A stretch of DNA of 63,659 nucleotides from Alphaproteobacteria bacterium (GTDB lineage: Bacteria > Pseudomonadota > Alphaproteobacteria > GCA-2731375), in assembly GCA_030746635.1 (NCBI GenBank), contig JASLMH010000003.1, positions 1-63,659 of the forward strand. The letters are read 5' to 3'. This document shows, in pieces, positions 30,803-40,728 of the stretch; the first letter of the stretch is position 1; each line of letters begins with the position of its first letter. Position numbers and translations under genes: made by a program. The notes under the pieces are model-generated. The model did no database searches, was not told the DNA's origin, and worked only from the letters and a program-made list of their open reading frames with translations.

Positions 30803-30812
30803 TGGATTTCGG

Positions 30813-31256
30813 ATGACTGTGCATCTTTTGAAACTGTGCGTGGGCACCGACAGCATCGACCATCTGGTCGAGTGGCAGGCCGCCCGCCGGGCCGCCCGAG
30901 CGGCCAATGGCGAACCGGCGGAGAGTGTCCATCGCACCCGCCACCGGCCCCGGCGCGGGGCGGAGGTGCTGGACGGTGGTTCGATCTATTGGATCATCAA
31001 GGGCTTCATCCGCGTCCGCCAACGCATCATCCGCCTGGACGAGATCAGCGACGACGAATTCGGCAAGCGCTGCGGCCTGGTGCTGGACCCGAAATTGGTG
31101 CGCACCGCCTTGCAGGCCCGGCGGCCGCATCAGGGCTGGCGCTACCTGGAAACCAAGGACGCGCCGATGGATCTGCCGGACGGCGAATGGGCGGCCGACG
31201 ATGGCGGCCCACCACCCGAGATGGCCGCGGCGCTGCGCGAACTGGGGCTGATCTGA
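30813..31256 (+). CDS. DUF1489 family protein
   Basis: HLLKLCVG, GGSIYWIIKG, HQGWRYL, LRELGLI. Confidence 0.85.
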   Translation: MTVHLLKLCVGTDSIDHLVEWQAARRAARAANGEPAESVHRTRHRPRRGAEVLDGGSIYWIIKGFIRVRQRIIRLDEISDDEFGKRCGLVLDPKLVRTALQARRPHQGWRYLETKDAPMDLPDGEWAADDGGPPPEMAAALRELGLI

Positions 31257-31292
31257 TCAGGCGATTCGCACCGTTATGGCGCGAAATCGGCC

Positions 31293-31757
31293 TCACGACT
31301 TGTCGATGTCGTTGAATTCCTGGTTCAGGGCATATTCGTCGGAGGCGACGTGCTCTTCGACCCGGCCGGCGCGTTTTTCCAGTTCGGCGAACTTGGCCCG
31401 CAATTTGGAAAAATCAAGCCCGCCGTCGGCCGACGAAGCGGCCGTCGCGCCGGAGGGGGCGCCCTGGTAGCTCGGCTGCCGCGGTCCCTCGGTGAACGTA
31501 CGGCGGGTCTGCTCCATCGCCCGATCGACGGCGGCCTCGACCTTGCCGGGGTGGCTGACCCAATACCACGAGGCCAGGAAGGCGACGATGGCCAGCGGCG
31601 CGCTCATGATGAACAGCATCACGAAGCCGACGATCACCACGCCCTTCGGGATGCCGAACTTCCTGGCCAGGCCCCGGACGGTGCGGCTGATGAAGCCGCC
31701 GCGTCGGTGGTGATACCTGGCGCCGCGTGAACGGCGGGGTCGGTGACAACAACTCAT
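31293..31757 (-). CDS. pspC: PspC-like envelope stress membrane protein (divergent)
   Basis: Follows pspB with an ATGA overlap; GLARKFGI plus a TM segment; C-terminal LEKRAGRVEEHVASDEYALNQEF resembles the PspC tail. Confidence 0.7.
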   Translation of the reverse strand: MSCCHRPRRSRGARYHHRRGGFISRTVRGLARKFGIPKGVVIVGFVMLFIMSAPLAIVAFLASWYWVSHPGKVEAAVDRAMEQTRRTFTEGPRQPSYQGAPSGATAASSADGGLDFSKLRAKFAELEKRAGRVEEHVASDEYALNQEFNDIDKS

Positions 31758-32002
31758 TTGTTCCTCCAATCGGCACCGTCGGCGTCGAGAATGGTTTCCA
31801 GCGCCTCGATCCGTTCCTCCAGACGCCCGGCGACCTCGCGTATCCGGCGCAGCTCCGTTCGCTCGACCACGGTCTGGCCCTGGCCGGCGCCCGCCTGCTT
31901 CATCTGTTTCCATTTGGTGATGTAGTGGAAGATCACCCAGAGCGGCGCGACGACCGACAGGAAGATGATCAGCGGGACGAAAAGAAAGCCGAAAAAACCC
32001 AT
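31754..32002 (-). CDS. pspB: Phage shock protein B
   Basis: IIFLSVVAPLWVIFHY...LEERIEALETILD...DWR. Confidence 0.9.
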   Translation of the reverse strand: MGFFGFLFVPLIIFLSVVAPLWVIFHYITKWKQMKQAGAGQGQTVVERTELRRIREVAGRLEERIEALETILDADGADWRNK

Positions 32003-32049
32003 GATTATCCTCGTTTATCCGATGCCGTCGGCAACGCCCAGGATGATGA

Positions 32050-32724
32050 TCATCCCTGGTTCCGCTGCTTGGCAAGCTTGGCCTTCATCTCGCGCAATTC
32101 GTCCTCGACTTCCGATTCCGCCGCCAGATCCGTGAACTCGTCGTCCAGGGTCCGTTCCTTGCCCAGGTCATAGGATTCGGCGTCGGCCTCCAATTCGTCG
32201 ATGCGCCGCTCCAGCGTCTCGTAGCGGGCCATGGCGTCGTCGATCCGCCCGTCGTGCAGCGTCCGTCGCATTGCAACGCGTTTGTTGGCCGCCGTCATCC
32301 GGATTTCCAAGGCCTTTTTCTTGGCTTTGGCCTCGGCCAGCTTGTTTTGCAACTGCGCCAGATCGTCATTGTACTTGGCCAGGCTTTCCTCGATCGCGGT
32401 CAATTCCGCGCGCAGGACGTCGGCCTGATCCTCCAGCTTGCGCTTGGCGACCAGGGCGGCCTTGGCCAGATCCTCGCGCTGTTTGGACAGGGCGAACTCG
32501 GCCTTGCCCTGCCATTCGCCCGCCGATGCCTCCAGCTTCTCCAGGCGGCGGCCGATCTCTTTCTTGTCGGCGATCGCCCGCACGGCGGCGGTCCGCACCT
32601 CGACCAGGGTGTCTTCCATCTCCTGGATCATCAGCCGGACCATCTTTTCCGGCTCTTCCGCCTTGTCGAGCAGGGAGTTGATGTTGGAGTGAACGATGTC
32701 GGTGATTCGGGAAAAGATCGTCAT
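32050..32724 (-). CDS. pspA: Phage shock protein A
   Basis: MTIFSRITDIVHSNINSLLDKAEEPEKMVRLMIQEMEDTLVEVR. Confidence 0.96.
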   Translation of the reverse strand: MTIFSRITDIVHSNINSLLDKAEEPEKMVRLMIQEMEDTLVEVRTAAVRAIADKKEIGRRLEKLEASAGEWQGKAEFALSKQREDLAKAALVAKRKLEDQADVLRAELTAIEESLAKYNDDLAQLQNKLAEAKAKKKALEIRMTAANKRVAMRRTLHDGRIDDAMARYETLERRIDELEADAESYDLGKERTLDDEFTDLAAESEVEDELREMKAKLAKQRNQG

Positions 32725-32764
32725 GTCGTCCTCGATGCTAGGGTTGCCTTTCTACAAATCACTG

Positions 32765-32781
32765 TGCAAAGGCCATGCCAA
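32765..32781 (-). promoter_or_regulatory. Sigma54 (-24/-12) promoter of pspA
   Basis: Minus strand TTGGCATGGCCTTTGCA, exact GG-N10-GC spacing. Confidence 0.88.
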
Positions 32782-32786
32782 CTTTT

Positions 32787-32799
32787 TAAGTCATTGAAT
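32787..32799 (-). promoter_or_regulatory. IHF-like binding site
   Basis: ATTCAATGACTTA versus consensus WATCAANNNNTTR (one mismatch); lies between the sigma54 promoter and the enhancer. Confidence 0.55.
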
Positions 32800-32834
32800 T
32801 CATTAGAATCTCTAGTTATCAGGCATGTGAAGCA

Positions 32835-32881
32835 TAGCGATAGTCGCTAAAATCGATCGCATTTATTAGCGATTTTCGCTA
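32835..32881. promoter_or_regulatory. Tandem PspF upstream activating sequences
   Basis: Two palindromes, TAGCGA-TAG-TCGCTA (32835-32849) and TAGCGA-TTT-TCGCTA (32867-32881), starts 32 bp apart. Confidence 0.75.
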
Positions 32882-32891
32882 TATTCTCCAT

Positions 32892-33920
32892 ATGCCTGAA
32901 CACCTGCCGGCTATCTTGGGCGAGGATCCGGTCTTTCTGGATGCGGTCGAACGCTGTTCGCGCCTGGCCCTGGTGCCCCGGCCCTGCCTGGTGGTGGGCG
33001 AGCGCGGCACCGGCAAGGAGTTGTTCGCGGCCCGGCTGCACTATCTGTCGCCGCGCTGGAACCAGCCGTTGGGGCGGATCAACTGCGCCGCCCTGACGGA
33101 AAGCCTGCTGGAGTCGGAACTGTTCGGGCACGAGGCGGGTGCCTTCACCGGGGCGCAACGGCGCCGGGCCGGCTTCTTCGAACGGGCCGACGGTGGCACC
33201 CTGATCCTGGACGAGATCGCCGATGCCTCGCCGGCCGTGCAGGAAAAATTGCTGCGGGTGGTGGAATACGGCGAGTTCGAGCGGGTCGGTGGATCGGACA
33301 CCCTGCAGGTCGACGTGCGGGTGATCGGCTCGACCAACGTCGATCTGCCCTCGTTGGCGGCGGCGGGCGGTTTTCGCCCGGACCTGTTGGACCGGCTGGC
33401 CTTCGATGTGATCACCATCCCGCCGCTGCGGGCCCGGCCGCAGGACATCCTGCCGCTGGCGGAGGCCTTCGGGCTGCAGATCGCCCGGGCCCTGGAGCTC
33501 GACGCGTTTCCCGGTTTTTCGCCGGCCGCCCTGCACAAGTTGTCGAACCACACCTGGCCCGGCAACGTCAGGGAGTTGCGCAACGCCGTCGAACGTTCGG
33601 TGTTCTGGGCCTTGCGGCATGGCGGCATGATCGATCAGCTGATCCTCGATCCTTTCGACAGCCCCTGGCGGCCGCCTTCTGGTTCGCGAACCGTGGGCGC
33701 CGGTGTCGAAGGCTCTCCGCCGAGGTCGATGCCGGTGCCGAAAGCCGAGACCGGATTCACGGCGGCGGTCGCCGCCTACGAACGGGGGCTTCTCGAAAAC
33801 GCCCTAAACACCACCCGGCACAACCAGGCGGAAGCGGCCCGTCGCCTGGACCTGAGCTATCACCAATTCCGGCGGCTGATGAAGAAACACGGGGTGCCGT
33901 CGCCGCGCTCCGCGGCCTGA
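32892..33920 (+). CDS. pspF: Sigma54-dependent activator PspF
   Basis: GERGTGKE, GAFTGA, DLLDRLAF, WPGNVREL, C-terminal HTH; no N-terminal regulatory domain; divergent from pspA. Confidence 0.95.
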   Translation: MPEHLPAILGEDPVFLDAVERCSRLALVPRPCLVVGERGTGKELFAARLHYLSPRWNQPLGRINCAALTESLLESELFGHEAGAFTGAQRRRAGFFERADGGTLILDEIADASPAVQEKLLRVVEYGEFERVGGSDTLQVDVRVIGSTNVDLPSLAAAGGFRPDLLDRLAFDVITIPPLRARPQDILPLAEAFGLQIARALELDAFPGFSPAALHKLSNHTWPGNVRELRNAVERSVFWALRHGGMIDQLILDPFDSPWRPPSGSRTVGAGVEGSPPRSMPVPKAETGFTAAVAAYERGLLENALNTTRHNQAEAARRLDLSYHQFRRLMKKHGVPSPRSAA

Positions 33921-33926
33921 GACGCC

Positions 33927-35006
33927 TTACTCGGCGGCTTGCAGCGACACCGGCGCCGGGCGGCGGGCGGCGCGGGTGATGCGTTCCTCGGCGATGCGGT
34001 CGGCGACCTCGCTGGTCGGCAGCCCTTCCCGGTCGGCCCGGCCGAACACCTCCATCAGGGTGTCGTAGATACCGACGCAATGGTCCATCGCGGCCCGGCG
34101 GTTATAGCCCGGCCCCTCATGGCTGATGTTGATGATGCCGCCGGCGTTGATGACGTAGTCGGGGGCGTAAAGGATGCCGCGATCGGCCAGGGCGGCGCCA
34201 TGGCGGTCGTCGGCCAACTGGTTGTTGGCGGACCCGGCGACGGCGCCGACCTTGAGGCGGGTAATGGTGTCGTCGTTCAGGATGGCGCCCAGGGCGTTGG
34301 GGGCGAAAACCTCGGCCGCCACGTCGTAGATCGCCTCGGGTGCCACCACCTCGGCGCCCAGTTCCTCGCGCGCCCAATCCAGCCGCCCCTGATCCAGGTC
34401 GGTCACGGTCAGGCGGGCGCCGGCGGCGGCCAGGTCGCGGGCCAGGTACTGCCCGACATGGCCCAGGCCCTGCACCGCCACATGCAGGCCGGTCAGGTCG
34501 TCGCGCCCGAAGCGCGCGCGCACCGTCGCCCGCAGGCCGTGGTAGACGCCCCAGGCCGTGGCCGGCGAGGGATCGCCGTCGCCGGCGCCGCCGTCGGCAA
34601 TGCCGGCGACGTGCCGGGTGGCCCGATGGACGATCTCCATGTCGGCCGGCGCCGTGCCGACGTCCTCGGCGGTGATGTACCGGCCGCCCAGGCCATCGAC
34701 GAAACCGCCGAATGCCTCGAATATCGCCGCTGATTTGCCGATCTTCGGATCGGCCATGATCACCGCCTTGCCGCCGCCATAGGCCAGGCCGGCCATGGCC
34801 GCCTTGTAGGTCATGCCGCGGGACAATCGCAGGGCATCCTGCAAAGCCGCGTCGTCGTCGGCGTAGTTCCAAAACCGGCAGCCGCCGAGGGCGGGACCCA
34901 GGGTGGTGTCGTGGATGGCGATGATGGCCTTCAGGCCGCTGTCCACGTCGTGGCAGAAGATGATTTGCTGGTGATTACGGAAATTCTCGGACGAGAACAC
35001 GGACAT
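33927..35006 (-). CDS. Glu/Leu/Phe/Val dehydrogenase (leucine dehydrogenase-like)
   Basis: IAIHDTTLGPALGG, RLSRGMTYK, GGGKAVI, YITAEDVG, VQGLGHVG, APDYVINAGG. Confidence 0.93.
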   Translation of the reverse strand: MSVFSSENFRNHQQIIFCHDVDSGLKAIIAIHDTTLGPALGGCRFWNYADDDAALQDALRLSRGMTYKAAMAGLAYGGGKAVIMADPKIGKSAAIFEAFGGFVDGLGGRYITAEDVGTAPADMEIVHRATRHVAGIADGGAGDGDPSPATAWGVYHGLRATVRARFGRDDLTGLHVAVQGLGHVGQYLARDLAAAGARLTVTDLDQGRLDWAREELGAEVVAPEAIYDVAAEVFAPNALGAILNDDTITRLKVGAVAGSANNQLADDRHGAALADRGILYAPDYVINAGGIINISHEGPGYNRRAAMDHCVGIYDTLMEVFGRADREGLPTSEVADRIAEERITRAARRPAPVSLQAAE

Positions 35007-35313
35007 ACCAAATTCCCCGAAACAAAGTTCGTCTTCACCTTATATTTCATCCGAAGATCATTAATATTCAATGACTTGACGGCACCGTGACAAAATTCGC
35101 CAGATTGTTGCCAGGCCGAGCCCCGGGCCGGTGAATCGTTTTGCCGTCAATGGTTTATGTGAAATTATCGCTCGTCCCGGCGAGCCGCCTTTCCGGCGCT
35201 AGTCGATCAATTCGCCGCGAATCGCCTGGGCGAACGAGATTTCGCGGTCGGCGCCGGGCAGGTCCAGCAGCCGCGCCAGGATGGCTATCCTGCCGGCAAC
35301 GGCGCCAGCCAAC

Positions 35314-36690
35314 TCAGATGATCTCGAAATAGCGTTGCAGTTGCCAATCGGTGATGGCCCGGCGGCTTTCCCGCTCCTCCCACTCGCGGCTGGCGGCGAA
35401 GTGCTCGACGAAGGCGTCGCCGAACAATTCGCGCGCCGCTTCCGATGCCTTCAGGCGCGCCGCCGCCTCGCCCAGCCGGCGCGGCAATTGCAGGCGCCTG
35501 GGCTGCTTGGCGTCGTAGGCATTGCCCGCGACCGGCCGGCTCGGCTCCAACTTGTTCTCGATGCCGTACAGGCCCGAGCCCAGGGCCGCGGCCAGGGCCA
35601 GGTAGGGATTCGCGTCGGCCGCCGCGACCCGGTATTCGATCCGCTGCGCCGCCGGCGTGCCGGTGATCGCCCGCAGGGCGCAGGTCCGGTTGTCGAGGCC
35701 CCAGGTGGCGTCGGTCGGAGCCCAGAAACCGGGGATCAGGCGGGTATAGGAGTTCACCGTCGGCGCGATCATCGCCAGCAATTCCGGCATCAGCGCCTGC
35801 TGCCCGGCGATGAAATGGCGCATGGTGGCGCTCAGGCCGTCCGGCGCCTTGGCATCGTGCAGGGCCGAGCGCTTGCCGCGGCGAGCCTTCAGGGACAGAT
35901 GGATGTGGCCCGATTGGCCGGGATAGTCGGCCGACCACTTGGCCATGAAGGTGGCCAGCAGACCATGGCGCTGCGCCAGCACCTTGGCGAAGGTCTTGAA
36001 CAGGGCCGCCTTGTCGGCGGCGGCCAGGGCCAGATCCTTGTCGATGCTGGCCTCCATGACGCCGGGGCCGGTTTCGGTGTGCAGGCCCTCGAGGGCGAAA
36101 TCCATCGCCGTGCAGGTCTCGAGGAAGGTGGTGTGGAAATCGGCCCAAGTGGAGGCCCGCAGCAGTGAATAGCCGAAGTTGCCCGGGCTCAGGGGCGTCA
36201 GGTCGCGGTAGCCCTTGTCGGCGGCGCTGCGCGGGGTTTCGTCGAACAGAAAGAACTCGTACTCGAAGGCGGCGACGGCGTCGAAGCCCAGGCCCCGGGC
36301 CCGGTCGACGATCCGCCGCAGCACGCCGCGCGGGCAAATGGCCTCGGCCGGGCCGGCGAACTCGGCCAGAAACAGCAGGCCCTTGCCGTCGAATTCGAAC
36401 GGCACATCGCGGCAACTGGCGGGCAGGATGCGTACCTGGGCGTCCGGATAGCCGGTATGCCAGCCGGTAAAGCCGACGTTGTCATACAATTGGTCGGCGG
36501 AATCCCAGCCGAGCACCACGTCGCAGAAGCCGAAGCCCTTGTCCAAGGCGCCGAGGAACTTGTCGCGGCCCATGAACTTGCCGCGAAAGACGCCGTCGGC
36601 GTCGAATACGCCGACCTTCAGATAGTCAAGGTCGCGTTCCGCGATCAGCCGGCGGACCTGGGCGGCGGTGCGAACCTCGCTGGCCTGCAT
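35314..36690 (-). CDS. Glutamine synthetase family protein (possible gamma-glutamylamide ligase)
   Basis: EYEFFL, HTETGPGVME, TFMAK, GQSGHIHLS, NSYTRLIPG, RIEYR, NPYL. Confidence 0.9.
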   Translation of the reverse strand: MQASEVRTAAQVRRLIAERDLDYLKVGVFDADGVFRGKFMGRDKFLGALDKGFGFCDVVLGWDSADQLYDNVGFTGWHTGYPDAQVRILPASCRDVPFEFDGKGLLFLAEFAGPAEAICPRGVLRRIVDRARGLGFDAVAAFEYEFFLFDETPRSAADKGYRDLTPLSPGNFGYSLLRASTWADFHTTFLETCTAMDFALEGLHTETGPGVMEASIDKDLALAAADKAALFKTFAKVLAQRHGLLATFMAKWSADYPGQSGHIHLSLKARRGKRSALHDAKAPDGLSATMRHFIAGQQALMPELLAMIAPTVNSYTRLIPGFWAPTDATWGLDNRTCALRAITGTPAAQRIEYRVAAADANPYLALAAALGSGLYGIENKLEPSRPVAGNAYDAKQPRRLQLPRRLGEAAARLKASEAARELFGDAFVEHFAASREWEERESRRAITDWQLQRYFEII

Positions 36691-36706
36691 GGTCCGGCGC
36701 CCGGGA

Positions 36707-37606
36707 CTAGAAACGGTAGCCGGCCAGCACGGCGCCGGTCAGGAAGGTATCGGAGTCGCTGAGCGGGCTGTCGGCGGCGTCCTCGGCTAGATAGGTGGCC
36801 CGCAATTCCGACGAGACGTAGAAGCTCCTGGTGACCTCGTAGATCAACTGGACATAGCCGTTGAGGTCGCGAAAGCCGCCGCTGGCGAGATAGGTCGGCC
36901 GGCTGGCCGTGGCGTTGTTCGCGGTGACCTGGAAATAGCTTTCGGCGTAGCTGTCGTCCATGTAGCTGACCCGGCCGCCGACGATGATGCTGGCATTGTC
37001 GCTCCAGCGGCTGCCGCGGGCGACCTCGCCGTTGATCAGCAGGCCGTCGTGGCCGCCGGCGATGTCCTGGCGGATGTCGCCCTTGAAACGCCAGGACCCG
37101 ACGAAGCTCTCGAAGAAGAAACCCAATTCCGCCGCCACGCCGATATCCGGCAGGCCGGCCAGGGTGGGGTTGTCGGCGGAATCGCGGCCGAAATCGAAGG
37201 TAACGCGGGGCCCCGCGCGCAGGGTCCGGCGGCGCCACAGGTTCCAGCCAATGCCCTGCTGGGTGGAAACGAACAGGGCGCCGGCGTAGGTAACGTCCAG
37301 CAGAGCCAGCGGCTTGAACTCGAGATCGTCGGAACCGAGATACTCCGGCGCAAGCCCGCCGCCGAGCGCGATATTGCTCCGGAATGGGCCGACCTTGCCC
37401 CTTTGCGCCGGCAGCACGGCGTTGGCCGAGGACAGCCAGAGTTCCCAATCGGCGTATTTGCCGGCGTGGGCTTCGCCGGCGCCGACGAACAAGGCGCTGG
37501 CGATCAGCAAAGGGGCGGCAATGGCGGCGAACGCGGTTCGGCCGATCGATAACCGGCCACGCCGCCGCCCCGCATCGCCTGCCGATCGAAACCACGGACC
37601 CGTCAT
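36707..37606 (-). CDS. MipA/OmpV family outer-membrane protein
   Basis: APEYLGSDD, DDSYAESYFQVT, AADSPL, C-terminal GYRF; start uncertain. Confidence 0.8.
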   Translation of the reverse strand: MTGPWFRSAGDAGRRRGRLSIGRTAFAAIAAPLLIASALFVGAGEAHAGKYADWELWLSSANAVLPAQRGKVGPFRSNIALGGGLAPEYLGSDDLEFKPLALLDVTYAGALFVSTQQGIGWNLWRRRTLRAGPRVTFDFGRDSADNPTLAGLPDIGVAAELGFFFESFVGSWRFKGDIRQDIAGGHDGLLINGEVARGSRWSDNASIIVGGRVSYMDDSYAESYFQVTANNATASRPTYLASGGFRDLNGYVQLIYEVTRSFYVSSELRATYLAEDAADSPLSDSDTFLTGAVLAGYRF

Positions 37607-37689
37607 TTTTCCCGCCCCGCTTTGAAAACCTGCCTCGACGCCCCGCCGCAACCTATCCCAAGGCCGCCGTCAGCGGCAAGCGGTGGTGG

Positions 37690-38802
37690 TCAGTCCCGCA
37701 GCAGCTCCGCGACCTGGCCGGCGATCGCCAATGAGGCGGTCAAACCCGGCGATTCGATCCCATACAGGTTCACCAATCCGGCGATGCCGTGAGCGGCCGG
37801 TCCCTGGATCTTGAAATCCTCGACGGCGCCGTCGGGGGCCTGGATCTTCGGTCGGATGCCGGCGTAGGCCGGTTGCAGCGCGCCGTCGGGGAGCGCCGGA
37901 TAGTACCGCCGCACGGCGGCGTAGAAATCATCCGCCCGGCGCGGGTCAACTTCGTAGTCGATGCCCTCGATCCACTCCTGGTCGGGGCCGAAGCGGGCCT
38001 GACCGGCCAGGTCTATGGTCAGGTGCACACCGAGGCTGGCGCTGGCGGGCACCGGATAGATCAGGTGCGAGAACGGCTGTCGGCCCGACAGCGAGAAATA
38101 GTTGCCCTTGCAGAAATACAGCGGCGGCACCGCCGCCGCCGGCAGGCCGACGATCGCCCGGGCCAACGGCTGGGCGTGCAGGCCGGCGGCATTCACCAGG
38201 CGGCGGCAACCGACCGTCGTCTCGCCGCCGCCGTCATCGGCGACGGTGAGTGCGAAGCCGTTGGGCCGCACCTCCCCCCTCAGCGCCCGGCTGCGGAAGG
38301 CGATCGTGGCGCCATGATCCTCGGCCTCGCCCTGATAGGCCAGCATCAAGGCGTGGCTGTCGACGATACCGGTGGACGGCGACACCAGGGCGCCGGCACA
38401 GGCCAGGGCCGGTTCGCGCCGTTTCGCCTCGGCGGCATCGATTTCGTAAAGATCGTCGACGCCGTTGTCGCGGGCCTTGGCCCTGATCCCGTCCAACACC
38501 GACAGTTCTTCGGCGTTGGTGGCGACGATGAACTTGCCGCAATCGCGGTGGGGCACGCCGTGGCTGGCGCAATAGTCGTACAGTTGCCACTTGCCGGCGA
38601 CGCATAAGCGGGCCTTCAGGCTGTCCTTGGCGTAGTAGATGCCGGCGTGAATGACCTCGCTGTTGCGGGACGAGGTTTCGGTGCCGATCGCCTCGGCCGC
38701 CTCCAGCACGATCACCTCGTCGCCGGCCATCGCCAGCGCCCTGGCGCAGGCCAGGCCGACGACGCCGGCGCCGACCACGATGCTGTCTATTCGCTCGGAC
38801 AT
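37690..38802 (-). CDS. FAD-dependent oxidoreductase, L-2-hydroxyglutarate oxidase-like
   Basis: [42 protein letters not shown]. Confidence 0.88.
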   Translation of the reverse strand: MSERIDSIVVGAGVVGLACARALAMAGDEVIVLEAAEAIGTETSSRNSEVIHAGIYYAKDSLKARLCVAGKWQLYDYCASHGVPHRDCGKFIVATNAEELSVLDGIRAKARDNGVDDLYEIDAAEAKRREPALACAGALVSPSTGIVDSHALMLAYQGEAEDHGATIAFRSRALRGEVRPNGFALTVADDGGGETTVGCRRLVNAAGLHAQPLARAIVGLPAAAVPPLYFCKGNYFSLSGRQPFSHLIYPVPASASLGVHLTIDLAGQARFGPDQEWIEGIDYEVDPRRADDFYAAVRRYYPALPDGALQPAYAGIRPKIQAPDGAVEDFKIQGPAAHGIAGLVNLYGIESPGLTASLAIAGQVAELLRD

Positions 38803-38898
38803 GGGCCGGGAACTTGACCCAAGGTCGCGGCGGCGGTCAAGAAGCTGTGACTTGCGCGGACCGCCCGGCGCCGCGACCATGCCGGGTATTGGCAAGGG

Positions 38899-39894
38899 AT
38901 GGCGATGATGAAGATGCGTGCGGCGGCGGTTGCTTGCGGGTTGTTTTTGGTGGCGCTGACGGTTGCCGCCGCCCAGGCCAACCCGAATCGATGGCGCCAC
39001 GAATGGCCGAAGACCGATTTCACCAAGCACTCGGTTGACTACGACGACATCATGTCGGGCGGGCCGCCGAAGGACGGCATCCCGTCCATCGACAAGCCCG
39101 AGTTCGTGCCGATCGCCGACGCGGAGGATTTGGCGGCGACCGAACCGGTGGTCGGCCTGATCATCAACGGCGATGCCCGGGCCTATCCCCTGCGCATCCT
39201 GATCTGGCACGAAATCGTCAACGACGTGGTGGGCGGCGTGCCGGTTTCGGTGACCTTTTGCCCGCTGTGTAATGCCGCCGTGGTCTTCGACCGCCGGGTG
39301 GCGGGCCGGGTGTTGGAATTCGGCACCACCGGCAAGTTGCGCTATTCGGATTTGATCATGTACGACCGGCAAAGCGAAAGCTGGTGGCAGCAGTTCGTCG
39401 GCGAGGCGATCGTCGGCGAAATGTTGGGCAGCAAGCTCAAACTCGTGCCGGCGCGTTTGGAATCCTTCGCCAAGTTCAAGACCCGGGCGCCGAACGGCAA
39501 GGTGCAGGTGCCAAACAATCCCGGCATGCGCCGCTACGGCATGAACCCCTATGCCGGCTATGATTCCCTGGATACCCCGTTCCTCTATCGCGGCAAGATG
39601 CCCAGCGAGGTGGCACCCCTGGCCCGGGTGGTGGCGGTCGGCGATCGCGCCTGGTCACTGGCATTGCTGCGGAAAAAGGCGCGGATCGAAACCAAGGATG
39701 GTCTCGTCCTGACCTGGGAAGCGGGTCAGAACTCTTCGTTGGACTCCACCGTGATTTCCGATGGGCGCGACGTAGGCAACGTGGTGGTGCAGCGGCGAGA
39801 TGGCGACGGCAAGCTCCGGGACGTCGACTATCGGGTGGACTTCGCCTTTGCCTTCCACGCCTTTCGCCCGGACATCAAGATCCAGACCAAATAA
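38899..39894 (+). CDS. Exported DUF3179 family protein
   Basis: Signal peptide; [42 protein letters not shown]. Confidence 0.85.
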   Translation: MAMMKMRAAAVACGLFLVALTVAAAQANPNRWRHEWPKTDFTKHSVDYDDIMSGGPPKDGIPSIDKPEFVPIADAEDLAATEPVVGLIINGDARAYPLRILIWHEIVNDVVGGVPVSVTFCPLCNAAVVFDRRVAGRVLEFGTTGKLRYSDLIMYDRQSESWWQQFVGEAIVGEMLGSKLKLVPARLESFAKFKTRAPNGKVQVPNNPGMRRYGMNPYAGYDSLDTPFLYRGKMPSEVAPLARVVAVGDRAWSLALLRKKARIETKDGLVLTWEAGQNSSLDSTVISDGRDVGNVVVQRRDGDGKLRDVDYRVDFAFAFHAFRPDIKIQTK

Positions 39895-39996
39895 CCCGCC
39901 TGGGGCGGCCAGTTGGCGGGTACTGGACAGCCGCGATTCGGATACAATGTATTATCTGATGTGACCGAATGTGACTGACCGGTTCGGATCGGGAAG

Positions 39997-40728
39997 ATGG
40001 GCCGCAAGAAACGGGATATAGCGACCAGCGCCGCCGGTAAGGACGTCGACGACTTCCTGGCCAGGGTGGCGTCGACGCCGAGCGTCCGCGCGGCCGATGT
40101 TCGCGGCCGCCTGCTGTTTGCCATGGACGCCACCGCCAGCCGCGAGCCGAGCTGGGACAACGCCTGTCAGATCCAGGGCGATATGTTCGCCCAAACCGCG
40201 ACCCTGGGCGGACTGGACGTGCAGTTGGCCTACTATCGCGGTTTCAGCGAATTCCGGGCCACCCCTTGGATTTCCACCTCGGCCGATCTGATCCCCTACA
40301 TGACCCGGGTCCGCTGTCTGGGTGGGCATACCCAGGTCGAACGGGTGTTGCGCTATGCTGCGCGCGAGACCGCCCAGCGCCGCATCAACGCCCTGGTCTT
40401 CATCGGTGATTGCCTGGAGGAAGAGGTCGACAGCGTCTGCGCGGCGGCCGGCGAACTGGGCATGCTGGGGGTGCCCTGTTTCATGTTCCACGAGGGCTTC
40501 GAGCCGACGGCGGCCAACGCCTTTCAGCAGATCGCCAAGCTGACCCAGGGCGCCTATTGCCGGTTCGATGCCTCCAGCGCCGCCCAGTTGAAGGACCTGT
40601 TGGCGGCGGTCGCGGTGTTCGCCGCCGGCGGCCGCAAGGCGCTGGCGGATTTCAGCCGCGACAAGACCCAGATGGTTCGGCGGATCGCCCATCAAGTGTC
40701 CCCGAAAGAGGGTACCAGGGCCGAATGA
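39997..40728 (+). CDS. VWA-domain protein
   Basis: [10 protein letters not shown] (MIDAS-like), [12 protein letters not shown]. Confidence 0.85.
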   Translation: MGRKKRDIATSAAGKDVDDFLARVASTPSVRAADVRGRLLFAMDATASREPSWDNACQIQGDMFAQTATLGGLDVQLAYYRGFSEFRATPWISTSADLIPYMTRVRCLGGHTQVERVLRYAARETAQRRINALVFIGDCLEEEVDSVCAAAGELGMLGVPCFMFHEGFEPTAANAFQQIAKLTQGAYCRFDASSAAQLKDLLAAVAVFAAGGRKALADFSRDKTQMVRRIAHQVSPKEGTRAE

